Source: Oscillospiraceae bacterium
Lineage (GTDB): Bacteria > Bacillota > Clostridia > Oscillospirales > Acutalibacteraceae
DNA length: 64,000 nt
Direction: 5' to 3'
Assembly (NCBI GenBank): GCA_902796905.1
Contig: CADBQU010000032.1
Location: 992-64,991, forward strand
The notes below the pieces were generated by a model that saw only the letters and a list, made by a program, of their open reading frames with translations, did not search any database and was not told the origin of the DNA. This document shows, piece after piece, positions 47,352 to 57,015 of this stretch; the first letter of the stretch is position 1, and each line of letters starts with the position of its first letter. A program made the position numbers and the translations under genes.

Positions 47352-47406
47352 GGTTATATTTATATAACCTAAAACGGTTGCATTTGTATAAATAATATGT
47401 TAATAT
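47352..47406 (+). promoter_or_regulatory. Palindromic operator candidate and promoter in the divergent region
   Basis: ggttatat-tt-atataacc (47352-47369). ttgcat (47378-47383), 17 nt, taatat (47401-47406). Confidence 0.4.
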
Positions 47407-47592
47407 ATGTATAGATGTGGAAGTTTTTGTGTTTTAGAGGTGAATGATTTGGAATGTGAAAATAAATTTTGCGTTTATATGAAAAACGGAAAATGCATTT
47501 TAGAAAAAATCTCACTTGATATTTGCGGTTTATGCAAAAGCTGCGTATATGTAAATATAAAGGACAAAACTTTAGACGCATACAAAAGTTAA
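47407..47592 (+). CDS. Small Cys-rich hypothetical protein
   Basis: 'CENKFCVYMKNGKCILEKISLDICGLCKSCVYV' contains 7 Cys in about 35 aa. The true start is probably internal (GTG or TTG after GAGGTG). Followed by a terminator. Confidence 0.3.
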   Translation: MYRCGSFCVLEVNDLECENKFCVYMKNGKCILEKISLDICGLCKSCVYVNIKDKTLDAYKS

Positions 47593-47666
47593 CTTTAAAA
47601 CCAAACTTTACATTTCCATTAGTTAAAAAACAATTTTTGTTTCTGTTTAAAATTTAATATGTTTTT

Positions 47667-47700
47667 AAAAGCATCACTTTTTGATGCTTTTTTGTTTTTT
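47667..47700 (+). terminator. Rho-independent terminator
   Basis: aaaagcatca-ctttt-tgatgctttt followed by ttgtttttt. Confidence 0.6.
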
Positions 47701-47771
47701 ATATGGTATAATCGGTTTTAAGAAAACTAAAATAAAAAAATAAAAAATTAATCAAAAATTACTGCTGCCGC

Positions 47772-47870
47772 GGGCGATACGCCCAGAGCCCAAAGGGCTT
47801 TTGTAAAATTAAAGCCAAGGCTTTAATTTTACCCCAAAAACAAATTTTGTTTTTGGGGGCTTATCGCCCC
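47772..47870 (-). repeat. FWJ intergenic element, order C-B'-A
   Basis: Outer stem gggcgata/tatcgccc. Hairpins gagccc-aaa-gggctt, gtaaaattaaagcc-aa-ggctttaattttac and cccaaaaacaaa-tt-ttgtttttggg. Confidence 0.85.
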
Positions 47871-47947
47871 AAAATTAATACAAGAACACAAAAATACAAA
47901 TACTTAATGTTACATAATGCTTACATTAAGAAACGGAGGAATAAAAA

Positions 47948-49507
47948 TTGCCGTTGGATAATATTTTTTTAGAAAAACTTGTTTTTGAACTGAAAGAGTT
48001 CCAAGGTTTATACATAGATAAAATATCTATGGGGTTAAGCGGTGAAATTATATTTTTTATAAAACGCAAAAAGCTTGTAATATCTTTACCGCTTTCGTTT
48101 ATAACCGTTACCGAAGAAAAGATTGAAAGCGCCGAAATACCCGGGAATTTTTGTATGCTTTTAAGAAAATACCTTCAAGGCGGGAAAATAGAAAAAACAG
48201 AAAAAATGCCTTTGGACAGAATAGTTAAAATTACGGTTTTAAAAAGAGATGACCTTTTTGAAATTAAATCTTACGATATTTTTATAGAACTTTTTGGTTC
48301 TAAAAGCAATTTTATTTTAACAAAAGACAATAAAATAATAGATTCGTTTTTTAGGTCCGACCTTGAAACCCAAACAAGAATAATAGCTCCGGGAGCAATT
48401 TATACTCCGCCCGAAAATACATCTTTGGGATACAGCCCTTTAATTAACCGTGAGTTGGAATTTAGGAATTGCAAAATAGAAGAACTTTTAAAAAATGCAA
48501 AGCCTACCGTTTTGGCGGACCGAAACGGAAACTATAAAGATTTTACTTTTACCGAAATTAAGCAATACGGAAATTTATATAATAATATATATTTTAAAAG
48601 CTATGCCGAATTAATAAATAATTATTTTTCTACGCTTGTAAATAAACGGAAAAATCAAAACCTTTCGGGGGAACTTAAAAAAACCGTAAAAAATGCAATT
48701 TCCCGAACCGAAAAAAAGCTTATTTTAAGAAAAAAAGATTTAGCCAATGCCGAAAAAAGCGAAGATTTAAGAATATGCGGAGAGCTTATCAAGGCAAATA
48801 TTTACAAAATAAAAAAAGGCGAAAGCTTTATTTTGGCGGAAAATTATTACAACAATAATAAAGAAATCAAAATAAAATTAAATCCGGCAAAAAGTCCGCA
48901 GGAAAATGCCGCAAAATATTTTAAAGATTACAAAAAAAGTTGCAACGCCGTAAAAACCTTGGCAGGGCTTATAGAGGAATGTGAAAAAGAGTTGGAATAT
49001 TTATATTCCGTTAACGAAGAATTAACAAGAGCACATACGGTTTCGGATATGAATGCCATAAAAGAAGAACTGCGTTTTTGCGGGATATTAAAGGGCAAAA
49101 ACAGAAACCAAAATAATAAAAGCAACAAAAACGGCGGTAAAAACGGAAGCAAAAGAAAAATTGCGGAAAAAATTAAAGAAGAAGAGTATTTGGGCTTTAA
49201 AATATTAATAGGCAGAAATAATTTGGAAAACGATCAATTGACTTTAAAAAAAGCCGATAAACAGGATATTTGGTTTCATACAAAAAATATTCCCGGAAGC
49301 CATGTGGTTATAGTTACAAACGGTAAGGAAGTTCCCAACGACGTTATAATGTTTGCCGCCCGTATTGCCGCTAAAAATTCCGCGGCAAAATTAAGTTCGG
49401 GCGTAGCGGTAGATTATACAAAAATTAAAAATGTTAAAAAACCGGCGGGAGCCAAGCCCGGAATGGTAATTTACAAAACAAACAAAACGGTTTTTGTAAC
49501 CCCTTAA
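47948..49507 (+). CDS. rqcH: RqcH / NFACT-family ribosome quality-control protein (FbpA-like)
   Basis: NFACT-N-like N-terminus, central coiled coil and C-terminal 'DIWFHTKNIPGSHVVI' (NFACT-R/DUF814). TTG start after GGAGGA. Confidence 0.85.
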   Translation: MPLDNIFLEKLVFELKEFQGLYIDKISMGLSGEIIFFIKRKKLVISLPLSFITVTEEKIESAEIPGNFCMLLRKYLQGGKIEKTEKMPLDRIVKITVLKRDDLFEIKSYDIFIELFGSKSNFILTKDNKIIDSFFRSDLETQTRIIAPGAIYTPPENTSLGYSPLINRELEFRNCKIEELLKNAKPTVLADRNGNYKDFTFTEIKQYGNLYNNIYFKSYAELINNYFSTLVNKRKNQNLSGELKKTVKNAISRTEKKLILRKKDLANAEKSEDLRICGELIKANIYKIKKGESFILAENYYNNNKEIKIKLNPAKSPQENAAKYFKDYKKSCNAVKTLAGLIEECEKELEYLYSVNEELTRAHTVSDMNAIKEELRFCGILKGKNRNQNNKSNKNGGKNGSKRKIAEKIKEEEYLGFKILIGRNNLENDQLTLKKADKQDIWFHTKNIPGSHVVIVTNGKEVPNDVIMFAARIAAKNSAAKLSSGVAVDYTKIKNVKKPAGAKPGMVIYKTNKTVFVTP

Positions 49508-49524
49508 TAAAAAATAAAAATAAA

Positions 49525-49617
49525 GGCGAAGCCCTCCGAAAACCGTTCGGTTTTCGGAGCAAAGCTTAAAAAATTTTAAGCTTTGCAAAAGGCCTTTGGC
49601 CTTTTGGGGCTTCGCCC
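49525..49617 (+). repeat. FWJ intergenic element, order A-B-C
   Basis: Outer stem ggcgaagccc/gggcttcgcc. Hairpins tccgaaaacc-gtt-cggttttcgga, gcaaagcttaaaa..ttttaagctttgc and aaaaggcc-ttt-ggcctttt. Confidence 0.9.
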
Positions 49618-49804
49618 TAAAAGAACCGTATTAATATATTAAAATATATTAATACATATAACCCTTTGGGGTTGATTTTTACAAAAAAAGTGCTAAAATA
49701 TAATGAAAGAAAAATATAACCTTTTAACTTTTAAAATTTTACCTTTTGTTCTTAAATTTTTGAAGTTTAAAAATTTTTAAAAGTTAAAAAACGAGGTGAA
49801 AAAT

Positions 49805-50149
49805 ATGAAACCCAACGACCAAAAAATATTAGAAGAAAATGCTGCGGATATTTTAAGCGAAATTTTTAAAACAGACGAAAAAGAAAGCAACAGCACCGAA
49901 AAGGCTTTAAAGCTTTCGAAAGAACGCAAACAAAATATTAAAGCCGAAAAAGAAAATCTTAAAAAAGAGCTTAAAAACAAAGCCGATGAAGAAATTAAAG
50001 AAATAAAAGAAAAGCTTACAAAAGAGCTTGAAGATAAAAAGGTTGATATGGAAGAAAATTCAAAGAAAATTCAGGACCGTATAGAAGAGCTTTTTAATAA
50101 GAACGGCGAAAAATACTTAAACGAATTATTCGAAAAAACCATTTCTTAA
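49805..50149 (+). CDS. Small coiled-coil V-ATPase stalk subunit (G/H-like)
   Basis: K/E-rich heptad-like sequence and the first gene of the operon. ATG at 49805, 6 nt after GAGGTG. Confidence 0.5.
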   Translation: MKPNDQKILEENAADILSEIFKTDEKESNSTEKALKLSKERKQNIKAEKENLKKELKNKADEEIKEIKEKLTKELEDKKVDMEENSKKIQDRIEELFNKNGEKYLNELFEKTIS

Positions 50150-50283
50150 TTTTAAATCCGAATTGTTTTTTTAAGGTTTAACGAAATTTAATAAGATTTA
50201 ACAACTTAAAAATTTCAAAAAATCGAAAAAGTAAAAAAATTTAAAAAGGGTTTAAAGTTTTTAAGAAATGCAGGTGAGAGAAA

Positions 50284-51345
50284 ATGTCAAACTTGGCAGA
50301 GAATGCGGTTTACGCAAAAGTAAGAACAAGGTTCGGCAACCGCATAGACAGCAATTTATTTGTGCAGCTTTCGCAAAGCGGAAGCGTTTTAAGCGCAGTT
50401 GAAATTTTAAAACAAACAAAATATAAAAACGTTTTAACGCTTTATAAAGAATCCGTTTGGCACAGAGGAAGTTTGGAAAGGCTTTTAAAAAACCACTCTT
50501 TTTTAGATATTGAAAGTTTGTGTAACTATGAAAAATCTTTGGGAAAAGATTTGTTTTATATAGTTATGCTGGAGTATGAAATAAACGAAATTTTATTTTT
50601 TACAAGGCTTCTTTTGGCGGGCAAAAGCGAAAATTACGGCCTTTATGTTTCGTTTGAATTAAACCGTTTTACGGATATAGATTTAGTAGCTTTAAGCCGT
50701 GTTAAAACCGTAAACGAATTAAGGGAGTTTTTAAGGCCCACCAGATATAAAAAATATGTTAATGAGTTCTTAAAGAACGACAGTATAGATATTTCGGCTT
50801 TGGAATTGGCGTTGGATAAAGCGTATTATACAAAGTCGGTTGAAAAAATTAAAAAGGCCTTTTCGGGAGACGTAAAAAAAGAGCTTTTATATATATTCTC
50901 TTTTAAAGCCGAATATTTGGATTTGTGCTTTATTTACAGGATGTTAAAATTTTATCCCGATGACCTTAAAACAATGCGTTTTTCTACAACGGGAGTTTTG
51001 GCGGAATTAAAAGAGGACGAACAAAAAGCTTTGTTTTTTGCCGAAACAAAAGAAGAGTTTGAAAGTATTTTAAAAACAACGGCTTACGGCAAAAATCAGG
51101 AAAGCTACGCTTCCGTTCCCAATCTTTTGGAAAACGCCTACAAAAAATTTGTTAAACGGCTTATTAAAAATATTCATTTTTCAAGCAGCTCTGCGGTTGT
51201 GCTGTTATCGTATATTTTATATTTGGGCGCCGAAGCAGAAGATCTTACGCATGTTATAGAAGGTTTAAGATATTCGCTTGACCAAAATGAAATTTTAAAT
51301 ATGCTTACTATTTATAATGCGGAAAGGAGCAAACAAAATGGTTGA
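50284..51345 (+). CDS. ntpC: V-type ATPase subunit C (V0 d-like)
   Basis: 353 aa all-helical protein of the size and position expected for subunit C. Overlaps the next gene by 8 nt. Confidence 0.7.
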   Translation: MSNLAENAVYAKVRTRFGNRIDSNLFVQLSQSGSVLSAVEILKQTKYKNVLTLYKESVWHRGSLERLLKNHSFLDIESLCNYEKSLGKDLFYIVMLEYEINEILFFTRLLLAGKSENYGLYVSFELNRFTDIDLVALSRVKTVNELREFLRPTRYKKYVNEFLKNDSIDISALELALDKAYYTKSVEKIKKAFSGDVKKELLYIFSFKAEYLDLCFIYRMLKFYPDDLKTMRFSTTGVLAELKEDEQKALFFAETKEEFESILKTTAYGKNQESYASVPNLLENAYKKFVKRLIKNIHFSSSSAVVLLSYILYLGAEAEDLTHVIEGLRYSLDQNEILNMLTIYNAERSKQNG

Positions 51346-53263
51346 AAATATGCAGATGGTTAATATTTTAGGCCCAAGGGAAAGCCTAAACGATATTATA
51401 GCCGTTTGTATGGATTCCGGCTGCTTTCATTTAGAGGATAAGATTTCGGGTAACAAAAAGGGTTTTACCGTTTACGAGGAAAACCCCTATGCCGAAAACT
51501 TAAGAATAATGAAGGAAATTATGGACCATTGCGGAGTGGAGGTTAAAAACGATTTATGCTACTCCGAGAAGTCAGAAGCAATTGAAGAAAACAGCGAGTA
51601 TTTAACGGGGCTTTTAAATAAGCTTAACGGTTTACAAAGCACCATAACCGCCAACACCGAAAAAATTGAAAATTTAAAAGAAAAAACAAAAAAGATTTCC
51701 AATTTTGTAGGTTTGGACCTTAATGTACATAACGCTATACATTCAAAGTATTTAAAGGTTAGGTTTGGTAGGCTTTCTTTAGACGGTTACGAAAAAATAA
51801 AGGAATATCAAAAAAATTATCCCTACATATTTTTTACTCCCTGTTCTTTTAAAGAAAAATCATGCTACGGAATTTATATGGCTCCCACGGATAAAATTAT
51901 AGAAGCCGACAGAATTTTTTCGAGTTTGTTTTTTGAACGGTTGATTTTACCGGACGATATAGGAGAACCGGAAGAACTTATTGAAATATACAAAAACGAA
52001 ATTAAGCAAAGCGAAGAAGAAGTAAAAAAAGCAAAAGAAGGCATAGACGGTTTCTTTAAAACCGAAGGCGATAATTTTTGGCTTTTATATGCTGCTTTAA
52101 AAAGAAAGCACGATATTTTTGAATGCAGAAAATACGCCGCCAATTATAAAGATAATTATATTTCGTTAACGGGATTTGTTCCAAAAAGCGAATTTGACGG
52201 TTTTAAAAAGCTTTTTAAAAATATTAAAAACGTAAGTATTTTAGATGTGGATGCTTCCAAAGCGGAAAATATGGGTATTACACCGCCTACAAAGCTTAAA
52301 AATATGGCTTTGTGGAGACCGTTTAAATTTTTTGTTGAAATTTACGGTGTGCCCGGTTATAACGAAATAGACCCGACCGCATTTTTAGCCATAACCTATA
52401 CCCTTTTATACGGCGTAATGTTTGCCGATGTGGGTCAGGGAATTATATTGGCTTTAGTGGGCTTATGGATGTACAAATGCAAAAATATGGATTTGGGCAA
52501 ACCGTTAATACCCTGCGGAATAGCCGGAACGTTATTCGGTTTTGTGTTTGGCTCGGTATTTGGGTACGAAGAAGTTTTAGACCCGGTATATAAGGCTTTG
52601 GGATTTGCAAACGGAGCGCCGTTTAAAGTAATGAGCAACGCGGTAAATCTTTTGGCGGTATCGGTAGGAATAGGCGTGGTTTTAACCTGTATGGCGCTTA
52701 TATTGGGTATTTTTGCAAACTTTAAAAAGAAAGACTACGGCAGTGCCTTGTTCGGAGCAAACGGAATAGCCGGTTTTGTGCTTTATGCAAGCTTTTTGGC
52801 TATAGTGGGCAATATGCTGCTTAAATTAAACTTAAGCACAGGTTTATTGGTTGGCATTATACTTTTAATGATTGTGCTGATATTTATGCACGAACCTTTA
52901 GGCGAACTGGTTTCGGGCAACGGATTTAAAATGGAAAATCCGGGAGATTTTATTTTAGAAAACTTTTTTGAACTTTTTGAAGTTTTACTTGGATATTTTA
53001 CAAACACCATAAGCTTTTTGCGTGTGGGCGCGTTTGTATTGATTCATGCAGGTATGATGATGGCGTTCTCGGCCTTGGCAGATATGGTAGGCGGCGGAAT
53101 AGGCGGAATTATAATGATGGTATTCGGCAACATATTTGTTATAGCGTTAGAGGGACTTTTAGTAGGTATTCAGGTATTAAGGCTTGAATTTTACGAGATG
53201 TTCAGCAGATTTTACAACGGCGAAGGAGTACCGTTTACTCCGCTGAAAGTAAAAGAGAACTAA
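51338..53263 (+). CDS. ntpI: V-type ATPase subunit I (a-subunit)
   Basis: Soluble N-terminal half followed by about 7 TM helices, with the essential Arg context 'SFLRVGAFVLIHAG'. ATG at 51338 after AAGGAG. Confidence 0.9.
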   Translation: MVENMQMVNILGPRESLNDIIAVCMDSGCFHLEDKISGNKKGFTVYEENPYAENLRIMKEIMDHCGVEVKNDLCYSEKSEAIEENSEYLTGLLNKLNGLQSTITANTEKIENLKEKTKKISNFVGLDLNVHNAIHSKYLKVRFGRLSLDGYEKIKEYQKNYPYIFFTPCSFKEKSCYGIYMAPTDKIIEADRIFSSLFFERLILPDDIGEPEELIEIYKNEIKQSEEEVKKAKEGIDGFFKTEGDNFWLLYAALKRKHDIFECRKYAANYKDNYISLTGFVPKSEFDGFKKLFKNIKNVSILDVDASKAENMGITPPTKLKNMALWRPFKFFVEIYGVPGYNEIDPTAFLAITYTLLYGVMFADVGQGIILALVGLWMYKCKNMDLGKPLIPCGIAGTLFGFVFGSVFGYEEVLDPVYKALGFANGAPFKVMSNAVNLLAVSVGIGVVLTCMALILGIFANFKKKDYGSALFGANGIAGFVLYASFLAIVGNMLLKLNLSTGLLVGIILLMIVLIFMHEPLGELVSGNGFKMENPGDFILENFFELFEVLLGYFTNTISFLRVGAFVLIHAGMMMAFSALADMVGGGIGGIIMMVFGNIFVIALEGLLVGIQVLRLEFYEMFSRFYNGEGVPFTPLKVKEN

Positions 53264-53284
53264 AAAGTTTAAAATAAAAATTAA

Positions 53285-53367
53285 GGCAAAAGCCGCCTAA
53301 AACAAATTTTTTGTTTTAGGTCAAAAGCTTCGCTTTTGCAAAGCCCAAAGGGCTTTGGGCTTTTGCC
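53285..53367 (+). repeat. FWJ element inside the V-ATPase operon (I/K gap), order A-B-C
   Basis: Outer stem ggcaaaagcc/ggcttttgcc. Hairpins taaaacaaa..tttgtttta, caaaagc-ttc-gcttttg and caaagccc-aaa-gggctttg. Confidence 0.9.
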
Positions 53368-53404
53368 GTACAATAAAACAATAAAAATTTAAGGAGTTTT
53401 TAAA

Positions 53405-53950
53405 ATGAACATTAACACATTATTAACCATTGCACTTCCCCTTTTAAGTCTTGCGGCAGCAGTTTTAGTTGGAATAATGTATATGAAAAAAACGGGAAAT
53501 GCCAAAAAAGCTTTCACTCGTCATTTTGTATCTTTAGCGGTTTTTCTTTGCGTAGCTTTTTGTTTTAGCTTTATAGTAAGCGGAGTTACTTCTTCTAAGG
53601 CTTCGGCTGCTACAGCTTCTCAAACATCGTCTGCAGCTTCCGGCGAAGAAACCGCAGCCTCTGCGGAAACAGCAAAAACAGAAACAACCCCGGCTATAAC
53701 AAATTCCGGTGCCGGTATTGCTACAGGTTTGGCGCTTGTAGGCGCAGGTTTATCTATAGGTCTTGCAGCTATAGGTGCAGGTATTGCGCTTTCGGCAGGT
53801 GCTCCCGCAGCTATAGGTGCCGTTGCGGAAAATCCGAAATCTTTCGGTAAGTCAATTATATTTGTTGCGTTGGGCGAAGCCGTAGCTATTTACGGATTTA
53901 TTATTGCTATACTTATGGTTATTAAAATTCCGGATCTTCCCACACTTTAA
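53405..53950 (+). CDS. ntpK: V-type ATPase proteolipid subunit K with atypical N-terminal half
   Basis: The C-terminal hairpin 'GLALVGAGLSIGLAAIGAGIAL...FVALGEAVAIYGFIIAIL' is a canonical c-subunit with the carboxylate Glu. The N-terminal 2 TM helices plus an S/A/T/E-rich linker are not c-like. Confidence 0.8.
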   Translation: MNINTLLTIALPLLSLAAAVLVGIMYMKKTGNAKKAFTRHFVSLAVFLCVAFCFSFIVSGVTSSKASAATASQTSSAASGEETAASAETAKTETTPAITNSGAGIATGLALVGAGLSIGLAAIGAGIALSAGAPAAIGAVAENPKSFGKSIIFVALGEAVAIYGFIIAILMVIKIPDLPTL

Positions 53951-53997
53951 AAAGCACTTAAAAAACATTTTAAAAAACAAGCGAACATATATGGATT

Positions 53998-54088
53998 TGG
54001 GCCCGCCGAAACAAAACTATTTTTGTTTTGGGCAAAAGCAAAAATGCTTTTGCAAGCCCGAAAATTTTCGAGCTTTGGGCTTAACCGC
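53998..54088 (+). repeat. FWJ element inside the V-ATPase operon (K/F gap), order A-B-C, degenerate outer stem
   Basis: Hairpins gaaacaaaa..ttttgttttgg, gcaaaagca-aaaa-tgcttttgc and aagcccgaaaa-tt-ttcgagcttt. The flanks no longer pair. Confidence 0.7.
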
Positions 54089-54136
54089 ATTTGGGTTTAA
54101 CCCCAATCAATCAAATTTAAAAGGAAACTTTTTAAA

Positions 54137-54448
54137 ATGAAATTCTATTTAATAAGCGATAATCACGATACGGCTTTGGGATTTCGGCTGGCAAAAATAG
54201 AGGGAACTATTGTTTCCGATAAAGAAGAAACCGAAAAAGCAATAGATGAAGCGGTAAAAGACGAAGATATTGCAATTATGCTTATAACCAAAAAAGCCGC
54301 CGAATTTGTGCCGGAAAAATTAAACGATATTAAACTTAATAAAGTAAGGCCTTTGGTGGTAGAGGTTCCCGACAGGCATATTACTGCCGACGATGACATA
54401 AGTAATGTAGCCGATTACGTTAAAGACGCGGTCGGAGTAAAACTGTAA
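54137..54448 (+). CDS. V-type ATPase subunit F
   Basis: 103 aa. The 'MKFYLISDNHDTALGFRLAKIEG' N-terminus is typical of subunit F. Confidence 0.8.
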   Translation: MKFYLISDNHDTALGFRLAKIEGTIVSDKEETEKAIDEAVKDEDIAIMLITKKAAEFVPEKLNDIKLNKVRPLVVEVPDRHITADDDISNVADYVKDAVGVKL

Positions 54449-54457
54449 AAACAAGAA

Positions 54458-54548
54458 CGGCAAAAGATTAAAACAATTTTTTTAAGGCAAAAGTGATTTT
54501 TGCTTTTGTAAAGAACAAAAAGAACAGAAAGACTTTTGTTTTTGCCGT
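54458..54548. repeat. Degenerate FWJ-like element (F/E gap)
   Basis: Outer stem acggcaaaa/ttttgccgt. The B-type hairpin gcaaaagtg..ttgcttttg is recognisable. The other modules are degraded. Confidence 0.5.
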
Positions 54549-54601
54549 ACCAAAATAAACCCGTATCTATATAAACGCTATAGAATTGCAAGGTGAAAAA
54601 T

Positions 54602-55186
54602 ATGGAACAACAAAATATAAATATTTCGGTTTTTTTAAACGAAATTAAAAAAGAAGCCAAGCGTCAGCAAAACGAAATTAAAAAAGAAACCGAAAGCTAT
54701 ATTAAAACTCAGCTTGAAAGCGCCGAAAAAGAGGCCGAAAAAGAAACCGAAAACTATAAAAAAGCCGCTGTTTTAAAAATTAAAAACGAACAGGCAAAAG
54801 AGCTTTCGGAAATTTCTCAAAGCTTTAAAAACGCGGCTATATTAAAACGCGAAAAACATATATCGGAATTAAAGGCAAAACTTTTGCTTAAATTAAACGA
54901 TTTTTTAAAAACGGATGAATATACCGAATTTTTGAAAAAGTCTTTAAAAGAAATACTTAAAAAAGATAAAAATGCCGTTATATATGTAAAAGAAAAGGAT
55001 TTGGAAAATAAAGTCTTTGCAGAGTTTGAAAACCTTAATATAAAAAAGGATAAAACTATTTCGGTAGGCGGAATTAAAGCGGAGGTTAATAACGGCAGTT
55101 TAGTTTACGACGATACTTTAGACAGCAGAATTTTAACCGCTATGCAAAGTATTTACGAAAAAGAAGAACTAATAATAGATTTTTAA
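54602..55186 (+). CDS. ntpE: V-type ATPase subunit E
   Basis: Long N-terminal K/E coiled coil plus a globular C-terminus. ATG at 54602, 6 nt after AAGGTG. Confidence 0.75.
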   Translation: MEQQNINISVFLNEIKKEAKRQQNEIKKETESYIKTQLESAEKEAEKETENYKKAAVLKIKNEQAKELSEISQSFKNAAILKREKHISELKAKLLLKLNDFLKTDEYTEFLKKSLKEILKKDKNAVIYVKEKDLENKVFAEFENLNIKKDKTISVGGIKAEVNNGSLVYDDTLDSRILTAMQSIYEKEELIIDF

Positions 55187-55218
55187 ATTATTAAAACTAA
55201 AATTTTAAGGAAAAAGCT

Positions 55219-57003
55219 ATGAACAGTTGTATTTACGGAATAAACGGTCCGGTTGTAACAGTTAAAAACACAAAAGATTTTTTTGTGGGCGAAATGGTTT
55301 TTGTAGGCAAAGAGCGTCTTATAGGCGAAGTTATAAGCGTTGCTACGGAAGATACGCTTATTCAGGTTTACGAAGAAACCGCAGGGCTTTCCGCAGGCGA
55401 AGAAATTGTGGGAACCAAAAGCCCTATAAGCGTGGATTTGGGACCGGGACTTATAGGAAATATTTTTGACGGTATTGAACGCCCTTTAAAAGAAATGGAG
55501 AAAAAAGGCGGAGCCTTTATTTCCAGGGGCGGAGAATATACTTCTTTAAACGAAGAAAAGCAGTGGGAAGTTACGGTTTTGAAAAAACCGGGCGAAAGAA
55601 TTAAAGGCGGAGAAATTTTTGCCACTGTTAAAGAAACCGAAAGCATAACCCAAAAAATTATGTGTCCGGTTAATGTTTGCGGAGAAATAACCTTTGCAGC
55701 CGAAAGCGGAAATTATACCGTTAACGATACCGTTTTAAAGGTAAAACCCGATAAAAATAAAACAAATGCTATAGCCGGCAGCGAAGAAAACGAAGTTATT
55801 TTAACGTTAAAACAACGCTGGCCCATAAGAAAGCCCAGACCCATTAAAAACAGACTTCCCGTAACGGTACCTCTTATAACCGGTCAAAGGGTTATAGATT
55901 CGTTATTCCCGTTATCTAAAGGCGGAACCGCCGCTATTCCGGGAGGTTTCGGAACAGGTAAAACAATGACTCAGCACCAGCTTGCAAAATGGTGCGACGC
56001 AGATATTATTATTTATGTGGGCTGCGGCGAGCGCGGAAACGAGATGACGCAGGTTTTGGATGAATTTTCGGCGTTGATAGACCCCAGGACCAAAAAGCCG
56101 CTGCTTTCGCGTACGGTTTTAATTGCAAATACTTCAAATATGCCGGTTGCGGCAAGAGAAGCCAGTATTTACACCGGTATTACGCTGGCAGAATATTTTA
56201 GGGATATGGGCTACCACGTAGCTATGATGGCAGACAGCACTTCCCGTTGGGCAGAAGCTTTAAGAGAAATTTCGGGAAGACTTGAAGAAATGCCGGCAGA
56301 GGAAGGCTTCCCTGCTTATTTGCCTTCAAGACTTGCAGAGTTCTACGAACGTGCCGGAAGAGTTACAACTTTAAACGGCAACGAAGGCTCGGTATCGGTA
56401 ATAGGCGCCGTATCGCCTCAGGGCGCAGACTTTTCGGAGCCTGTAACCCAAAATACCAAGCGTTTTACCAGAGCGTTTTGGGCATTGGATAAAAACTTGG
56501 CTTACGAACGCCATTATCCTGCAATTAACTGGATGGAGTCTTATTCGGAATATGCCGATGACCTTGCGGACTATTTTAATAAAAACGTTGATGAAAAGTT
56601 TTTTGATTTCAGACAGCAGATTATTAACATTTTGCGTGAAGAAAACAGCTTAATGGAAATAGTTAAATTAATAGGCGCAGATGTTTTGCCGGATGACCAA
56701 AAACTTGTAATAGAAGTTGCAAAGGCCATAAGATTGGGATTTTTGCAGCAAAACGCGTTTCATAAAGACGACACTTATGTTCCGCTTAAAAAGCAATTTT
56801 TAATGATGAACGTATTTTTAACGCTTTATAAAGAGGGTAAAAAAATAGTTGCGGCGTCTAAGCCCGTAGCGCCTTATTTTACCAGCGGAGTTTTTGAAAA
56901 AGCCGCAAAATTAAAATATGATATAGACAACGAGCATTTTGATAAATTTGACGATTATTTGGCCGAAATTAAAAAAGCGGCGGAAGATACGCTTAACGGT
57001 TAG
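55219..57003 (+). CDS. ntpA: V-type ATPase catalytic subunit A
   Basis: Walker A 'GGFGTGKTM'. 'DSTSRWAEALREISGRLEEMPAEEGFPAYL'. Confidence 0.97.
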   Translation: MNSCIYGINGPVVTVKNTKDFFVGEMVFVGKERLIGEVISVATEDTLIQVYEETAGLSAGEEIVGTKSPISVDLGPGLIGNIFDGIERPLKEMEKKGGAFISRGGEYTSLNEEKQWEVTVLKKPGERIKGGEIFATVKETESITQKIMCPVNVCGEITFAAESGNYTVNDTVLKVKPDKNKTNAIAGSEENEVILTLKQRWPIRKPRPIKNRLPVTVPLITGQRVIDSLFPLSKGGTAAIPGGFGTGKTMTQHQLAKWCDADIIIYVGCGERGNEMTQVLDEFSALIDPRTKKPLLSRTVLIANTSNMPVAAREASIYTGITLAEYFRDMGYHVAMMADSTSRWAEALREISGRLEEMPAEEGFPAYLPSRLAEFYERAGRVTTLNGNEGSVSVIGAVSPQGADFSEPVTQNTKRFTRAFWALDKNLAYERHYPAINWMESYSEYADDLADYFNKNVDEKFFDFRQQIINILREENSLMEIVKLIGADVLPDDQKLVIEVAKAIRLGFLQQNAFHKDDTYVPLKKQFLMMNVFLTLYKEGKKIVAASKPVAPYFTSGVFEKAAKLKYDIDNEHFDKFDDYLAEIKKAAEDTLNG

Positions 57004-57015
57004 GGGGAAAAGCTC

